From an uncultured delta proteobacterium (GTDB lineage Bacteria > Myxococcota > Myxococcia > Myxococcales > Myxococcaceae): a stretch of 64,000 nucleotides of DNA. Made by a program: the position numbers and the translations under genes. Under the pieces are notes generated by a model. The model saw only the letters and a list, made by a program, of their open reading frames with translations. It was not told where the DNA came from and searched no databases. Below, piece by piece: positions 29,182-39,408 of the stretch (positions within the stretch are counted from its first letter, which is position 1; each line of letters begins with the position of its first letter). The DNA is taken from assembly GCA_963731795.1 (NCBI GenBank), contig CAVSWU010000003.1, positions 1,158,216-1,222,215 of the forward strand, in the 5' to 3' direction.

Positions 29182-30585
29182 CTACCGCGCGCCACGCCCG
29201 AGCAGCACGTGCCGCACGGTGTGGAAGATGATCCCGATGTCCAGGAACAGCGACCCGTTCTTCACGTAGTACAGATCGAACTCCAGCTTGTTGCGCGCAT
29301 CCTCCACCGAGGCCCCGTAGGGGTAGCGGATCTGCGCCCACCCGGTGATGCCCGGCTTGACCGCCTCGCGCAGCCCGTAGAAGGGGATCTGCTGCTTGAG
29401 CTGCTCGACGAACACGGGGCGCTCCGGCCGAGGCCCCACGAAGCTCATGTCTCCCACCAGCACGTTGAACACCTGGGGGATCTCATCCATGCGCGTCTTG
29501 CGGATGAAGCGGCCCACACGGGTGATGCGGTCGTCATTGGCCCGGGCCCATACCGCGCCGTTCTTCTCCGCGTCCGTGCGCATGCTCCGGAACTTCCACA
29601 GCCAGTAGGGCTTGCCGCCCAGCCCCACGCGCTCCTGCCGGTAGAAGACAGGGCCCTTCGAGTCGAGCTTGATGACCAGCGCCACCACGACCAGGAGCGG
29701 CGCCGCCAACACCAGCAGCAGCGACGCGATGAGGATGTCGAATATCCGCTTGCAGGTCCGCCGCAGCCGCGACTGGGTCAGCTCGTCCGCGAAGGCGAAG
29801 TCGCTGGCGTGCAGGAACTGCACGGGGAGGCGGCGCAGCACGCGCTCGCAGAAGCCGGAGGCCTCATACACGAACCGCCCTTCGAGCCGGCAGCGCAGCA
29901 GCGCATCCACCCAGTTGGCGCCGCGCATGTCGTCCGCGGCCTGCACCACGTACTCGGCCTTCAGCTGCCGGGCCAGCTCGTCCAGCGGCCCCATCCCCTC
30001 GCGGCGAGGGTCCACCATGGCGACGACCTTGAAGCTGCCCTCGCCGCCCTCCTCGATGGCCTTCATCACGGCGCGCGCATTGACGCCATCTCCGACGAGG
30101 AGCACAGGCGAGGGCTGGCCGACCAGGGCATGAATGGCCACGCGCACCGCCAGTGTGCCGGCCAGGGCGCCCGTTGCGCCTCCCAGCAGCGCCCCGGGCG
30201 GCAGTCGCACCGGGAACACCAGCGCCACCGCGAGCATGCCCATGCCCACCAGCCCCGCGGTGACACCCGCCGCCTTGAGGAAACGGTAGCCGCGCTGGCG
30301 ATCATCGGCGGCCACGCGCAAATCGTAGAGATCCAGCAGATACAGGGTGAACTGAAAGGTGAAGACGAACGCCGCGCTCAGCGCCAGCAGCGTCGGCAGC
30401 AGCGTCATCAGCGGTGGGCGTGTCCCCGCGGGGGCGAACATCCACGCGCAGCCCGCGGCGCCCAGGACACATGCCAGCGCGATGGCCGTGCTCTCCGCGA
30501 GAAAGAACGTGAGCTTCCTGGCAGAAAAGTAGTGATGAAAAACCCGAAGCACGTGCACCCTCCAACCCACCCGCCACACGGACAT
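29182..30585 (-). CDS. polyprenyl-phosphate hexose-1-phosphate transferase (WbaP-like priming enzyme; ExoE-like)
   Basis: N-terminal TM helices, C-terminal bacterial sugar transferase domain …KRIFDILIASLLL…MSFVGPRPERPVF…. Confidence 0.85.
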   Translation of the reverse strand: MSVWRVGWRVHVLRVFHHYFSARKLTFFLAESTAIALACVLGAAGCAWMFAPAGTRPPLMTLLPTLLALSAAFVFTFQFTLYLLDLYDLRVAADDRQRGYRFLKAAGVTAGLVGMGMLAVALVFPVRLPPGALLGGATGALAGTLAVRVAIHALVGQPSPVLLVGDGVNARAVMKAIEEGGEGSFKVVAMVDPRREGMGPLDELARQLKAEYVVQAADDMRGANWVDALLRCRLEGRFVYEASGFCERVLRRLPVQFLHASDFAFADELTQSRLRRTCKRIFDILIASLLLVLAAPLLVVVALVIKLDSKGPVFYRQERVGLGGKPYWLWKFRSMRTDAEKNGAVWARANDDRITRVGRFIRKTRMDEIPQVFNVLVGDMSFVGPRPERPVFVEQLKQQIPFYGLREAVKPGITGWAQIRYPYGASVEDARNKLEFDLYYVKNGSLFLDIGIIFHTVRHVLLGRGAR

Positions 30586-30649
30586 CAGGCATCTCCCACC
30601 GCTCCCCCCGGGCAGCCAGGGAGCGGTGGGCGCCACCGGCCCTGCTCCC

Positions 30650-31393
30650 TCACCTCTTCACGTAGTTCTTCAGATACGGAGCGGTGTTCACCTCCGCTCC
30701 GTTCAGCACGCAGCCCAGGATGAGTGCGCCGCCGAGCTGCTCCACCGCCTGGTTGACCGCCCGGGTCGGCGTGACGTTCGCCCGGACCACCATGAGCACC
30801 CCGTCCGTCAAGTGGCTCAGGATGGTGGTATCCGCGAACGGCAGCGTGGGCGGCAGATCGATGTAGACCTCGTCGAAGTTGTCGCGTACCGCCTTGAGGA
30901 ACTGCTTCATCCGGCTGCTGGCCAGCACCTGCGTGGGCTCCTCCGGCGTGGCGCCGGCCGGGATGACGGCCAGGCGCGTCGCGTTGAAGCGGCGCACCAC
31001 GTCCCGGACATCGCACTCACCGGCCAGCAGCTCCGCCAGGCCCGTCTTGCCGCGGATGCCCAGCACCGAGCCCACCTGGCTGCGACGCAGGTCCGCGTCG
31101 ATCAGCAGGATGCGCCGCTCACTGTTGGCCCTGGCCGCGGCCAGCGCCAGGTTCACGGCCGTCACCGTCTTGCCCTCGCCCGGCAGGGCCGAGGTGAAGG
31201 CGATCACCTTCATCGGCTTCACCTCGCGCATCCGCTCCAGCCGGTAGTACAGCGTGCGGTACTGCTCCGCGGCGGCCGAGGCCGGGGCTGTCAGCGTCAC
31301 CACCCGGCGATCCACCGCGTTCGGGTTTCCCGCCGACTCGTCCACTCGAGGAAGGAAGTTGCCCGCCCGCTCCATCGTCCTATCCATTTCCAT
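30650..31393 (-). CDS. bacterial tyrosine (BY) kinase, cytoplasmic ATPase domain (ExoD/BtkA-like)
   Basis: Walker A ALPGEGKT, ILLIDADLRR, Walker B/DxD, ~247 aa, no TM. Confidence 0.8.
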   Translation of the reverse strand: MEMDRTMERAGNFLPRVDESAGNPNAVDRRVVTLTAPASAAAEQYRTLYYRLERMREVKPMKVIAFTSALPGEGKTVTAVNLALAAARANSERRILLIDADLRRSQVGSVLGIRGKTGLAELLAGECDVRDVVRRFNATRLAVIPAGATPEEPTQVLASSRMKQFLKAVRDNFDEVYIDLPPTLPFADTTILSHLTDGVLMVVRANVTPTRAVNQAVEQLGGALILGCVLNGAEVNTAPYLKNYVKR

Positions 31394-31417
31394 CTCCTCA
31401 GCTTCCTTTTCTCAGCC

Positions 31418-32827
31418 TCAGTTCAACGGGCCCGGGGAAGAAATCCCGTTCCGCGCCGACGAGGTGGGCATCAACACCCGCTTCTCCGTCTTCCCCTGCA
31501 TGTTCGGGACCACCGCCAGCACCGGCAGGGTGAGCCGTTGGCGCAGCTCGTGGCTGTCACGGATGCTGTCGTCCCGCATCTCGAGCATCACGCCGGTGAG
31601 CACGCCAGCGCCCAGGGCGATGAGGAACGAGATGAGCAGGCCCCCCAGGCGATCGGGCCGGGCTGGGATGGCGGGCACGCCCGCGGGAGAGATGACGTTG
31701 AAGAGGCTCTTGGAGCTCTTGGCCTCCAGCTCCTCGGCGATCTCGGCCTCCACCTTGCGAGACACCACGCTCTGGTACTTGGTCCGGGCGATCTCATAGT
31801 CCCGGTTCATCACGGACAGCTCCTGGGCCCAGCGCGGGGTGGTGTCCAGGCGCTTCTGGTACATCTCCGCCTTCTGCTGCAGCTGCTTGATGTCATTCTG
31901 GATGCCGGTGATCAGGTCAGCGACGCGGGCGCGCTCCTGGCGCTCGACCACCATGCGGCCCTCGGCGTCCTTGCGCTTGGCGGTCATGCCCTCCAGCTCG
32001 TTCTGCAGGCGCTTCACCTCGGGGTGATCCTCCGTCCAGGTGGTGCGCGCGGCGACGAGCTCACGGGTGAGCCCGTTCTCCGCGGCCTCCATACGGCCAG
32101 CCTCGGTGTCCGCGGCGTTGCGGGACCGGGCCAGCTCCGAGCGCCGAGCCTCGGCCGCGCGCAGCTCCTCGGACTTGGTCTGCATCTCATGGCCCACCAG
32201 CTCCAGCCCGCGCATGTTCATCTCGAGCTGCTCGGGTAGCTCGCCCATGTGGTCCACCTTGAACTGGGCAATGCGCTTCTCCCAGGCGGACACACTCTTG
32301 GACAGCGCGTCCATCTCCTCGGAGAAGAGCGAGGTGGCGCGCGCGGCCTGGGCCTGGCGCAGCTTGAGCGTCTCTTCCGCGAAGATGGCTGGCAGGCGGT
32401 TGGCCACCTTCGACGCCACCTCCGGATCGCGGTTCGCGTACGTCAGCTCGAAGGCGTTGTCCCCCTCCACCTTCACCGTGAGATCCTTGCGCATCTGATC
32501 GACCGCGGCCTCCATGCCCTGATCCGAGACGACGTCCGGATAGAGGTTCATCTCCTGGATGGCCTTCTCCAGCACCGGCCGCGCCATCAGCTCCTGACGC
32601 ACGGTGAGCAGGCGCTGCTCGATCAGCTCGCTCACGGTGTGCTGCACCATCTCCTCGTTGGGCCGCTGAGGCTCCACGCGGACCACCGAAGAGGCCTCGT
32701 ACATGCTCGGCCGGGTCATCACGACGGCCGCCCCCACCGCGAACACCGCTGCTGCGATGGCCCCTACCAGGGCCTTGCGGCGCCACAGGGCTACGAGCAC
32801 CTGGTCCGCCGTCATCCCACGCTCCAT
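31418..32827 (-). CDS. polysaccharide co-polymerase (PCP-2, Wzc N-terminal/GumC-like; ExoC-like)
   Basis: Two TM segments flanking long coiled-coil periplasmic domain; start MERGMTADQ. Confidence 0.8.
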   Translation of the reverse strand: MERGMTADQVLVALWRRKALVGAIAAAVFAVGAAVVMTRPSMYEASSVVRVEPQRPNEEMVQHTVSELIEQRLLTVRQELMARPVLEKAIQEMNLYPDVVSDQGMEAAVDQMRKDLTVKVEGDNAFELTYANRDPEVASKVANRLPAIFAEETLKLRQAQAARATSLFSEEMDALSKSVSAWEKRIAQFKVDHMGELPEQLEMNMRGLELVGHEMQTKSEELRAAEARRSELARSRNAADTEAGRMEAAENGLTRELVAARTTWTEDHPEVKRLQNELEGMTAKRKDAEGRMVVERQERARVADLITGIQNDIKQLQQKAEMYQKRLDTTPRWAQELSVMNRDYEIARTKYQSVVSRKVEAEIAEELEAKSSKSLFNVISPAGVPAIPARPDRLGGLLISFLIALGAGVLTGVMLEMRDDSIRDSHELRQRLTLPVLAVVPNMQGKTEKRVLMPTSSARNGISSPGPLN

Positions 32828-32853
32828 GTTCCGCTCCTCCTCCCTCAGGTGCA

Positions 32854-33996
32854 CTACCAAGCCGAGACCACCAACCGAACCGCAAGCACGTTGCGAGCCA
32901 GGTTCACCCCAGTCGCCACGTCCCCCGCGCCCACCTGGGCAATCCGATCCACGGCCCCCTGCAGCGACAGGTACCGGGTCAGCCGGTAATCCACGCTGCC
33001 TCCCACTGCATAGCCCTGCGACACATATGGCGACTCGTACAGCCGGAAGGCGCCCTCGTCCGGGGCGCGCCCGTTACGGAAGTAGCTGGCCGCCGCGTTC
33101 GCTGACAGCCGGTCATTGAAGCGCCGGGCCACCATCACCGAGGCGTAGTCCGCCCACAGCGCGTTGGTGAAGCCGCTGGCGCCCACCAGGTCATGCCCCG
33201 CGGCCACGGCCAGATCGAAGAGCGCCCCTTCCCGCTCCAGCCCCACCGCCACGCGCGGCAGCCACCCGGCCTGCCCCTCGGGCGAGGTGTAGAGGATGGG
33301 CCCGCCGCGCACGGTCAGCGTGGTGGGCCGGGACAGCCGGTAGCGCAGGCCCGCGAAGGCGCCCTGCGCGTGGGAGAACTCGTGCTCGAAGAGAAATCCC
33401 TGATAGCGGTATTCGAGCCCCAGGCTCAGCCGCCGAGTCTCCTGGTACCAGGCCTCGACGGAGGGAGTGTGGACGAAGCCGGGCGCACGGCCCTCCTCGT
33501 ACACCTTCGCGCCCTCGAACGCGTAGCTGGCCTTGAGATCGACGCGCTCGGTGGCGCGCCCCGTGACGGAGAGCATCACCAGCCCGTAGAGCGTGGGCGA
33601 AAGCGAGCGCGCCACTCCCTGGCGAGGCAGGGATGTGGGATCCGTCACGCGGAAGAGCTTGCCGGTGAAGTCCAGCTTGAGCCGCCGAGACAGCGCATAG
33701 CCCAGCTCCAGCCCGCTCCGGTGATCCAGCGTCGCGTTGCCCGAGCCATGCCGGACGAGCAGATCCGCCGCGTAGAAGGCCTCGCTCTTGGTGCGCGGGT
33801 CCTTCATCACCAGGCCCAACCGGGGCGACAGCTTGGTCATGAGCTGACCGCCCGCCCCCTCGGCGAGCCGGAAGTCGTCGTCATAGCGCTCCTCCGCGGT
33901 GATCCGCAGCGAAGAGTCCAGGACATGCCCCGCCAGCGCGGCCGGCCCGGCGAGCAGTACACACGCCACCAGGAGCTTCCTCACGCCACCCATCAT
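32854..33996 (-). CDS. outer-membrane beta-barrel protein (ExoB-like)
   Basis: Signal peptide MMGGVRKLLVACVLLAGPAALA, alternating amphipathic beta-strands, C-terminal …RLVVSAW. Confidence 0.65.
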   Translation of the reverse strand: MMGGVRKLLVACVLLAGPAALAGHVLDSSLRITAEERYDDDFRLAEGAGGQLMTKLSPRLGLVMKDPRTKSEAFYAADLLVRHGSGNATLDHRSGLELGYALSRRLKLDFTGKLFRVTDPTSLPRQGVARSLSPTLYGLVMLSVTGRATERVDLKASYAFEGAKVYEEGRAPGFVHTPSVEAWYQETRRLSLGLEYRYQGFLFEHEFSHAQGAFAGLRYRLSRPTTLTVRGGPILYTSPEGQAGWLPRVAVGLEREGALFDLAVAAGHDLVGASGFTNALWADYASVMVARRFNDRLSANAAASYFRNGRAPDEGAFRLYESPYVSQGYAVGGSVDYRLTRYLSLQGAVDRIAQVGAGDVATGVNLARNVLAVRLVVSAW

Positions 33997-34053
33997 CGCC
34001 GCCCTCCTCTCCCGCTTCCCTCACCCCTCCGCCCTCGGTCCCTCTCCCCCGCC

Positions 34054-34626
34054 TCACGGCACGACGATGGTGTCCCCCGGACGCAGCATGACGTCCTGAG
34101 TCCCATCCGGAGAGATCAGCTCCGTGTAGCGCACGGGGATCTTCCCGCCCTGGCCATCACTGCGGATGACGGTGATGCCGTCCGAGTCGGCGAAGTCCGT
34201 GAAGCCGCCCGCCAGCGCGATGGCCTGGACCAGCGAGACGCGCCCGCGCAGCGGATAGGCGCCCGGATGGGTCACCTCTCCGGTGACGAAGATGCGGCTG
34301 CTGTTCACCTCACGGACGATGACCGTGACGCGCGGCTCCTGGACGTACGCCTGCAGCCGCGTCTTGATCTCCTCGGCGAGCTCGGTGGGCGTCTTGCCCG
34401 ACGCCAGCACGTCGCCCGTCATTGGCATGGAGATGTAGCCATCCGGACGCACCGGCAAGGTCCTGGACAGATCCGGATCCCTCCACACCGCCACGTCCAG
34501 CACATCCTCGCGCCCGATGCGGTACGGCTGCTCCGAGTTATCCACCTTCATCGTCGGCGTGTGGGCACACCCCGCCAGGAGCAGCACGCCCACCACCCCC
34601 CAGAAACTCGCCCGCGTCTTGCCCAT
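34054..34626 (-). CDS. polysaccharide export protein, short Wza/OPX family lipoprotein (ExoA-like)
   Basis: Lipobox MGKTRASFWGVVGVLLLAGC; Poly_export + SLBB regions; only ~190 aa (no OM helix domain). Confidence 0.8.
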   Translation of the reverse strand: MGKTRASFWGVVGVLLLAGCAHTPTMKVDNSEQPYRIGREDVLDVAVWRDPDLSRTLPVRPDGYISMPMTGDVLASGKTPTELAEEIKTRLQAYVQEPRVTVIVREVNSSRIFVTGEVTHPGAYPLRGRVSLVQAIALAGGFTDFADSDGITVIRSDGQGGKIPVRYTELISPDGTQDVMLRPGDTIVVP

Positions 34627-34828
34627 TGTTCGCCTCTCCTCCATCCGTGTGTCCGCGGCCTGCTCCCCCGCACGACGAGCGGCTCGGAGCGAATGCCCCC
34701 GGCGGGCTTGCCGTAGCACCGGCCGTGCCACGCTTTCTCGGAGAGGAAACCCCATGGATCGCGGAGGCTTGCACGTTGCGCTGCGCGACGCTGCCTCCCA
34801 TCACTTTCCAAGGATCAGCACCCTGGGT

Positions 34829-34844
34829 GGGCAAAGATTTGCCC
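34829..34844. promoter_or_regulatory. 16-bp perfect palindrome GGGCAAAGATTTGCCC in divergent promoter region
   Basis: Read directly from sequence; lies between Wza-like start (34626, -) and small ORF/GDE (+). Confidence 0.3.
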
Positions 34845-34954
34845 TCTCGTACCTCCGGGCATTCCCATCTCCAGCGCGCGATCCCGGCACGTGGATTGAA
34901 AGGAGTGAAGGCAGGTTCAACGGGTGATCGGCCCGAAGCTGGAGAGGGTGTTCG

Positions 34955-35149
34955 ATGAGGAAGGCGGCGGCGGCGATGGTGGCGGCGTTCCTGACGGGTG
35001 GTACGGCGATGGCGGTGCTGAGCACGGTGCTCGGCCCTCTCTCGGAGGCCGCGGTGCTGGGGCTGGTGGGCGTGAGCCTCTACGCGGGCAGCGCGATGTT
35101 GCAGGGCAAGCTGGCGGCGCCGACGGACGGACTGGCCAAGCACGCCTGA
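34955..35149 (+). CDS. small hydrophobic protein (64 aa, hypothetical)
   Basis: ATG preceded by GAGAGGG; high GC3; two hydrophobic stretches. Confidence 0.3.
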   Translation: MRKAAAAMVAAFLTGGTAMAVLSTVLGPLSEAAVLGLVGVSLYAGSAMLQGKLAAPTDGLAKHA

Positions 35150-35190
35150 TCCACACCGTTCCCACTCACTCTGACCGAGGAGAAGAAAGC

Positions 35191-37230
35191 GTGCCCCCCG
35201 TTGAGCATCCCGCCCCTCCCCTGCCCCGCCTGGGGTTTGATTGGACAAACGGACCGGACTTCTCGGATGTCATCACCCGGGAGTGGCTCGTGACCAACGG
35301 GCGCGGAGGCTACGCCTCCGGCACCGTGCCGGGCTGCAATACCCGCCGCTACCACGGCCTGTTCATCCCCAGCCTGCCCAAGCGCGGCCGCATCGTGCTG
35401 CTCGCCCGCCTGGTGGAGCAGGCCCACGTGAGCGGTCGGGTGTTCCAGCTCGGCAGCGAGGAGCACTTGGATGGCCACACCCTCCAGGACGGAGTGGCCC
35501 TGTTGCGGAGCTTCCACCTGGACGGGCTGATCCCTGTCTGGGAGTACGAGCTCGGCCCCTCACGGCTGCGGCGCAAGCTGATGCTGGTGCACGGGGAGAA
35601 CACCCTCTTCGTGGCGTGGGAGCATGTGTCCGGGCCGGAGATCCACCTGAGGCTGCGCCCCTTCCCCGTGGCGCGGCCGCATGATCGGCCGCTCTCGGGC
35701 GACTCGTACGAGCCCATTGTCCGCATCCAGGGACAGCGAGTGGAGATGCAGGCCACGCCGGACGCGCCGCCCATGCGAATGCGCCTCCACGCAAGCTGCG
35801 CCATGCCGTTCGTGGCCCTGCCCCAGAGCTCACAGCCCCTGCTCTACCGGCACGAGCGGGCGCGCGGCTACGATCACACGGAGGTCCAGCACAGCCCGGG
35901 CTACTTCGAGTGCAGCGTGGGGCCCGGAGAGTTCCTGGCGCTCGGCGCCACGACGGAGGACGGGTGGGTGCTGGACCGGGCTCCCCGGCACGCGTTCGAG
36001 CTGGAGCAGGAGCGCGAGCGGAAGCTGCTGGCCCGGGCTCCGGCGGAGGCCCGCGGTGGAGTGCCGGCGCGGCTGGTGCTCGCGGCGGACCAGTTCATCA
36101 TCGATCCAATGCGCCCCGCGGATGACGCCTGGGCGCGCTCGATCGGCCAGGACGCGCGCAGCGTGATCGCCGGCTACCACTGGTTCACGGACTGGGGCCG
36201 GGACACGATGATCTCGCTCGATGGGCTCACCCTGTGCACGGGACGGAACCAGGAGGCGGCGGCCATCCTGCGAACCTTCCAGCACTACGTGAGGGACGGG
36301 CTCATCCCCAACTACTTCCCGGATGGCGAGAACGAGGGCGTGTACCACACGGCGGACGCGACGCTGTGGTTCTTCCACGCGGTGGACCGCTACATGGAGG
36401 CCACGCAGGATGAGGAGCTGCTGAAGGACATGTTCCCCACGCTGGCCAACATCATGGAGCACCACATGCGGGGCACGCGCTTCCACATCGGCGTGGATCC
36501 AGCGGACGGGCTGCTGCGGCAGGGCGAGGAGGGCTACCAGCTCACCTGGATGGACGCCAAGGTGGACGGCTGGGTGGTGACGCCCCGGCGTGGCAAGGCG
36601 GTGGAGATCAACGCGCTCTGGTTCAACGCGCTGCGGCTGATGGCCACCTGGGCCGAGCGGCTGGGCAAGGCTCCGACTCCCTATATGGGCGCGGCCGAGC
36701 GGGCATACGGCAGCTTCAACAAGCGCTTCTGGAACCCGGCCGCCAACTGCCTGCTCGACGTGGTGGACGGAGAGAACGGGAAGGACGATCCGTCCATCCG
36801 GCCCAACCAGATCTTCGCCATCTCGCTGCGCCACCCGGTGCTGCGGCGCGAGCGGTGGGAGGCGGTGCTGGAGGTGGTGCACAGGGATCTGCTGACGCCG
36901 ATCGGGCTGCGGAGCCTGGCGCCGGGGCACGCGGACTACAAGGCCAACTATGACGGAGACCTGCGGGCGCGGGACACGGCGTACCACCAGGGAACGGTGT
37001 GGGGCTGGCTGATTGGGCACTACATCGACGCGACGTTGAAGGTGAACCCGGACATCCAGGCGGCGCGCTCGCTGCTCACGGGCCTGGAGCACCACCTGGA
37101 GCACGCATGCGTGGGGCAGCTCAGCGAGATCTTCGACGCGACGGAGCCCTACCAGCCGCGCGGGTGCATCGCGCAGGCCTGGAGCGTGGCGGAGGCGCTG
37201 CGCGTCTTCCTGAAGACCCACGTCACCTGA
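35191..37230 (+). CDS. glycogen debranching enzyme (amylo-alpha-1,6-glucosidase, GDE_C/GH133-like)
   Basis: GTG start after GAGGAGAAG RBS; …[19 protein letters not shown]…[12 protein letters not shown]… signature. Confidence 0.8.
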   Translation: MPPVEHPAPPLPRLGFDWTNGPDFSDVITREWLVTNGRGGYASGTVPGCNTRRYHGLFIPSLPKRGRIVLLARLVEQAHVSGRVFQLGSEEHLDGHTLQDGVALLRSFHLDGLIPVWEYELGPSRLRRKLMLVHGENTLFVAWEHVSGPEIHLRLRPFPVARPHDRPLSGDSYEPIVRIQGQRVEMQATPDAPPMRMRLHASCAMPFVALPQSSQPLLYRHERARGYDHTEVQHSPGYFECSVGPGEFLALGATTEDGWVLDRAPRHAFELEQERERKLLARAPAEARGGVPARLVLAADQFIIDPMRPADDAWARSIGQDARSVIAGYHWFTDWGRDTMISLDGLTLCTGRNQEAAAILRTFQHYVRDGLIPNYFPDGENEGVYHTADATLWFFHAVDRYMEATQDEELLKDMFPTLANIMEHHMRGTRFHIGVDPADGLLRQGEEGYQLTWMDAKVDGWVVTPRRGKAVEINALWFNALRLMATWAERLGKAPTPYMGAAERAYGSFNKRFWNPAANCLLDVVDGENGKDDPSIRPNQIFAISLRHPVLRRERWEAVLEVVHRDLLTPIGLRSLAPGHADYKANYDGDLRARDTAYHQGTVWGWLIGHYIDATLKVNPDIQAARSLLTGLEHHLEHACVGQLSEIFDATEPYQPRGCIAQAWSVAEALRVFLKTHVT

Positions 37231-37290
37231 GCCACGTGAAGGGACACACAAGGCTCGCGTCTCCCTACCGTATGGGTAGAGTGCGCCGCC

Positions 37291-37719
37291 ATGGCGAAGA
37301 CCCAGTACTGGCTGATCAAGAGTGAGCCCTCCGTCTACGCGTACGCCCAGCTCGAGAAGGATCGGAAGACCGACTGGACGGGCGTGCGCAACTTCGAGGC
37401 GCGCAACAACCTCCGGGCCATGAAGCCCGAAGACCTCTGCCTCTACTACCACTCGAACGAGGGAAAGGCCGTGGTGGGCGTGGCCAAGGTCCTCACGGCG
37501 GCGGGACCCGACCCCACCGCCCCCGGTGAGGACTGGGCCTCGGTCGAGGTCGCACCCGTGGTGGCCTTCCAGGAGCCCGTGGAGCTGGCCACCCTCAAGA
37601 AGACCGCCGCACTGAAGGATATGCAACTCATCACCCGCAGCCGGATCAGCGTGGTGCCCGTCCGTGCCGGACACTTCAAGCTCATTCTCAAGCTCGGGAA
37701 GACGACTCTCCCCAGGTGA
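37291..37719 (+). CDS. EVE (PUA-like) domain protein
   Basis: 142 aa, [16 protein letters not shown]…[24 protein letters not shown]… canonical EVE signature. Confidence 0.8.
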   Translation: MAKTQYWLIKSEPSVYAYAQLEKDRKTDWTGVRNFEARNNLRAMKPEDLCLYYHSNEGKAVVGVAKVLTAAGPDPTAPGEDWASVEVAPVVAFQEPVELATLKKTAALKDMQLITRSRISVVPVRAGHFKLILKLGKTTLPR

Positions 37720-37808
37720 GCTATAAAGGCCCACGCCTGAACGGGTAGCGGCTCCGCCCCGCGCGAGCCTGTCACGCACGCGGCATTCCGCCAGCGAGGA
37801 GGGGTCCT

Positions 37809-39401
37809 ATGGCCGACGTCAACAACACTCCGCTCAACGAAGATGAAAGAAGGCTCGCCGAGCTCGGCTACAAGCAGGAGCTCAAGCGGAGCTGGTCCGG
37901 GTTCTCGAACTTCGCCATCTCCTTCTCGATCATCTCGATCCTGGCCGGCTGCTTCACCACGTTCGCCCAGGCGTGGAACAACGGCGGCCCCATCGCGATC
38001 TCCTGGGGCTGGCCGCTCATCTCCGTGTTCATCCTGATCATCGGATTCTGCATGTCCGAGCTGCTCTCGGCGTTCCCCACCGCTGGCGGGATCTACTGGT
38101 GGGCAGCCAAGCTGGGCGGCCCGCGCGCTGGCTTCTACACCGGCTGGCTCAACCTGATCGGGCTCATCGCGGTCACCGCCTCGGTGGTCTACGCCTGCGC
38201 CACCTTCATGAACGTCACCCTCGGCCTGTTCTCCACCTCGTGGACCACCACGCTCGGCGGTGACCCGCTGCTCCAGGCGTTCGTGCTGTTCCTGGGGCTG
38301 ATGATTGTGACGGCGCTGCTCAACATCTTCAGCTCGCACCTGCTGGCGGTGCTCAACAACATCTCCGCCTACTGGCACGTGTTCGGCTCGGCGGCGGTCG
38401 TGCTGATCCTCCTGCTGACCGCGAAGGGGTATCAGTCCGCCTCGTTCGTCTTCACCGAGCGGATCAACAACTCTGGCTTCTCCGACAGCATGTACTGGTG
38501 GTACGTGCTGCCGCTGGGCTTCCTGCTCACCCAGTACACGATCACCGGCTTCGACGCCTCGGCGCACCTCTCCGAGGAGACCCAGGGCGCGGCGACCACG
38601 GCGGCGCGCGGCCTCTGGCAGTCGATCTTCTACTCGGCGATCGGTGGCTGGATCCTGCTCCTAGCATTTCTGTTCGTCGCGAAGGACACGAAGTTCATCA
38701 ATGACCCGAACAACGGGTACGGGGCCGGGCAGGTCACCGCGATCTTCGCCTCCGCGCTTCCGGCCTCGATGTTCAAGGTCGTCATGCTGATCTCCACGGT
38801 CGGCCAGATCTTCTGCGCGATCGCCTGCATGACGAGCACCTCCCGGATGATGTTCGCCTTCAGCCGCGACGGCGCCGTGCCCGGCAGCGCGCTGTGGAGC
38901 AAGGTCCACCCCAAGACCCAGGTGCCGGTGAACGCGGTGATTGCCTCCTCGATCGTCGCGGTGCTGATCACGCTGCCGGCGCTGTACAAGAGCCCCGCGG
39001 GGGTCCCCGTTGCGTTCTACGCGGTGGTGTCGATTGCGGTGATCGGACTGTTCCTGGCCTTCCTCATCCCCATCTACCTGCGGCTGAAGGCCGGCGAGAA
39101 TTTCCGGCCCGGCCCATGGACGCTCGGCCGGCACTACAAGTGGATGTGCACGGTCGCGGTGGTGGAGATCGCCCTCGTCTCGGTCTACTTCTGCATGCCG
39201 TTCCTGCCCTCGGCGGTGCCGGGCAACCCCACCTTCACCTGGTACGACGTGAACTACGCGCCGATCCTCGCTGGCGGGGTGCTGCTCGCGATCACGATCT
39301 GGTGGTACGCCTCGGCCCGGCACTGGTTCAAGGGCCCGATCCGCACCATCGAGGAAGCCCCTCCTGCGGAGGTCATCTCAGAAGTCAAGCGCAGCGCCTG
39401 A
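37809..39401 (+). CDS. amino acid permease (APC superfamily)
   Basis: 530 aa, 12 TM, …GGIYWWAAKLGGP… typical APC. Confidence 0.85.
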   Translation: MADVNNTPLNEDERRLAELGYKQELKRSWSGFSNFAISFSIISILAGCFTTFAQAWNNGGPIAISWGWPLISVFILIIGFCMSELLSAFPTAGGIYWWAAKLGGPRAGFYTGWLNLIGLIAVTASVVYACATFMNVTLGLFSTSWTTTLGGDPLLQAFVLFLGLMIVTALLNIFSSHLLAVLNNISAYWHVFGSAAVVLILLLTAKGYQSASFVFTERINNSGFSDSMYWWYVLPLGFLLTQYTITGFDASAHLSEETQGAATTAARGLWQSIFYSAIGGWILLLAFLFVAKDTKFINDPNNGYGAGQVTAIFASALPASMFKVVMLISTVGQIFCAIACMTSTSRMMFAFSRDGAVPGSALWSKVHPKTQVPVNAVIASSIVAVLITLPALYKSPAGVPVAFYAVVSIAVIGLFLAFLIPIYLRLKAGENFRPGPWTLGRHYKWMCTVAVVEIALVSVYFCMPFLPSAVPGNPTFTWYDVNYAPILAGGVLLAITIWWYASARHWFKGPIRTIEEAPPAEVISEVKRSA

Positions 39402-39408
39402 GCGGCGG

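Noticed and set aside
28243-30723. 826-aa plus-strand ORF
   Set aside because: Antisense to YvcK-like and phosphotransferase genes; low-complexity.
35830-37779. 649-aa minus-strand ORF
   Set aside because: Antisense to glycogen debranching enzyme and EVE gene.
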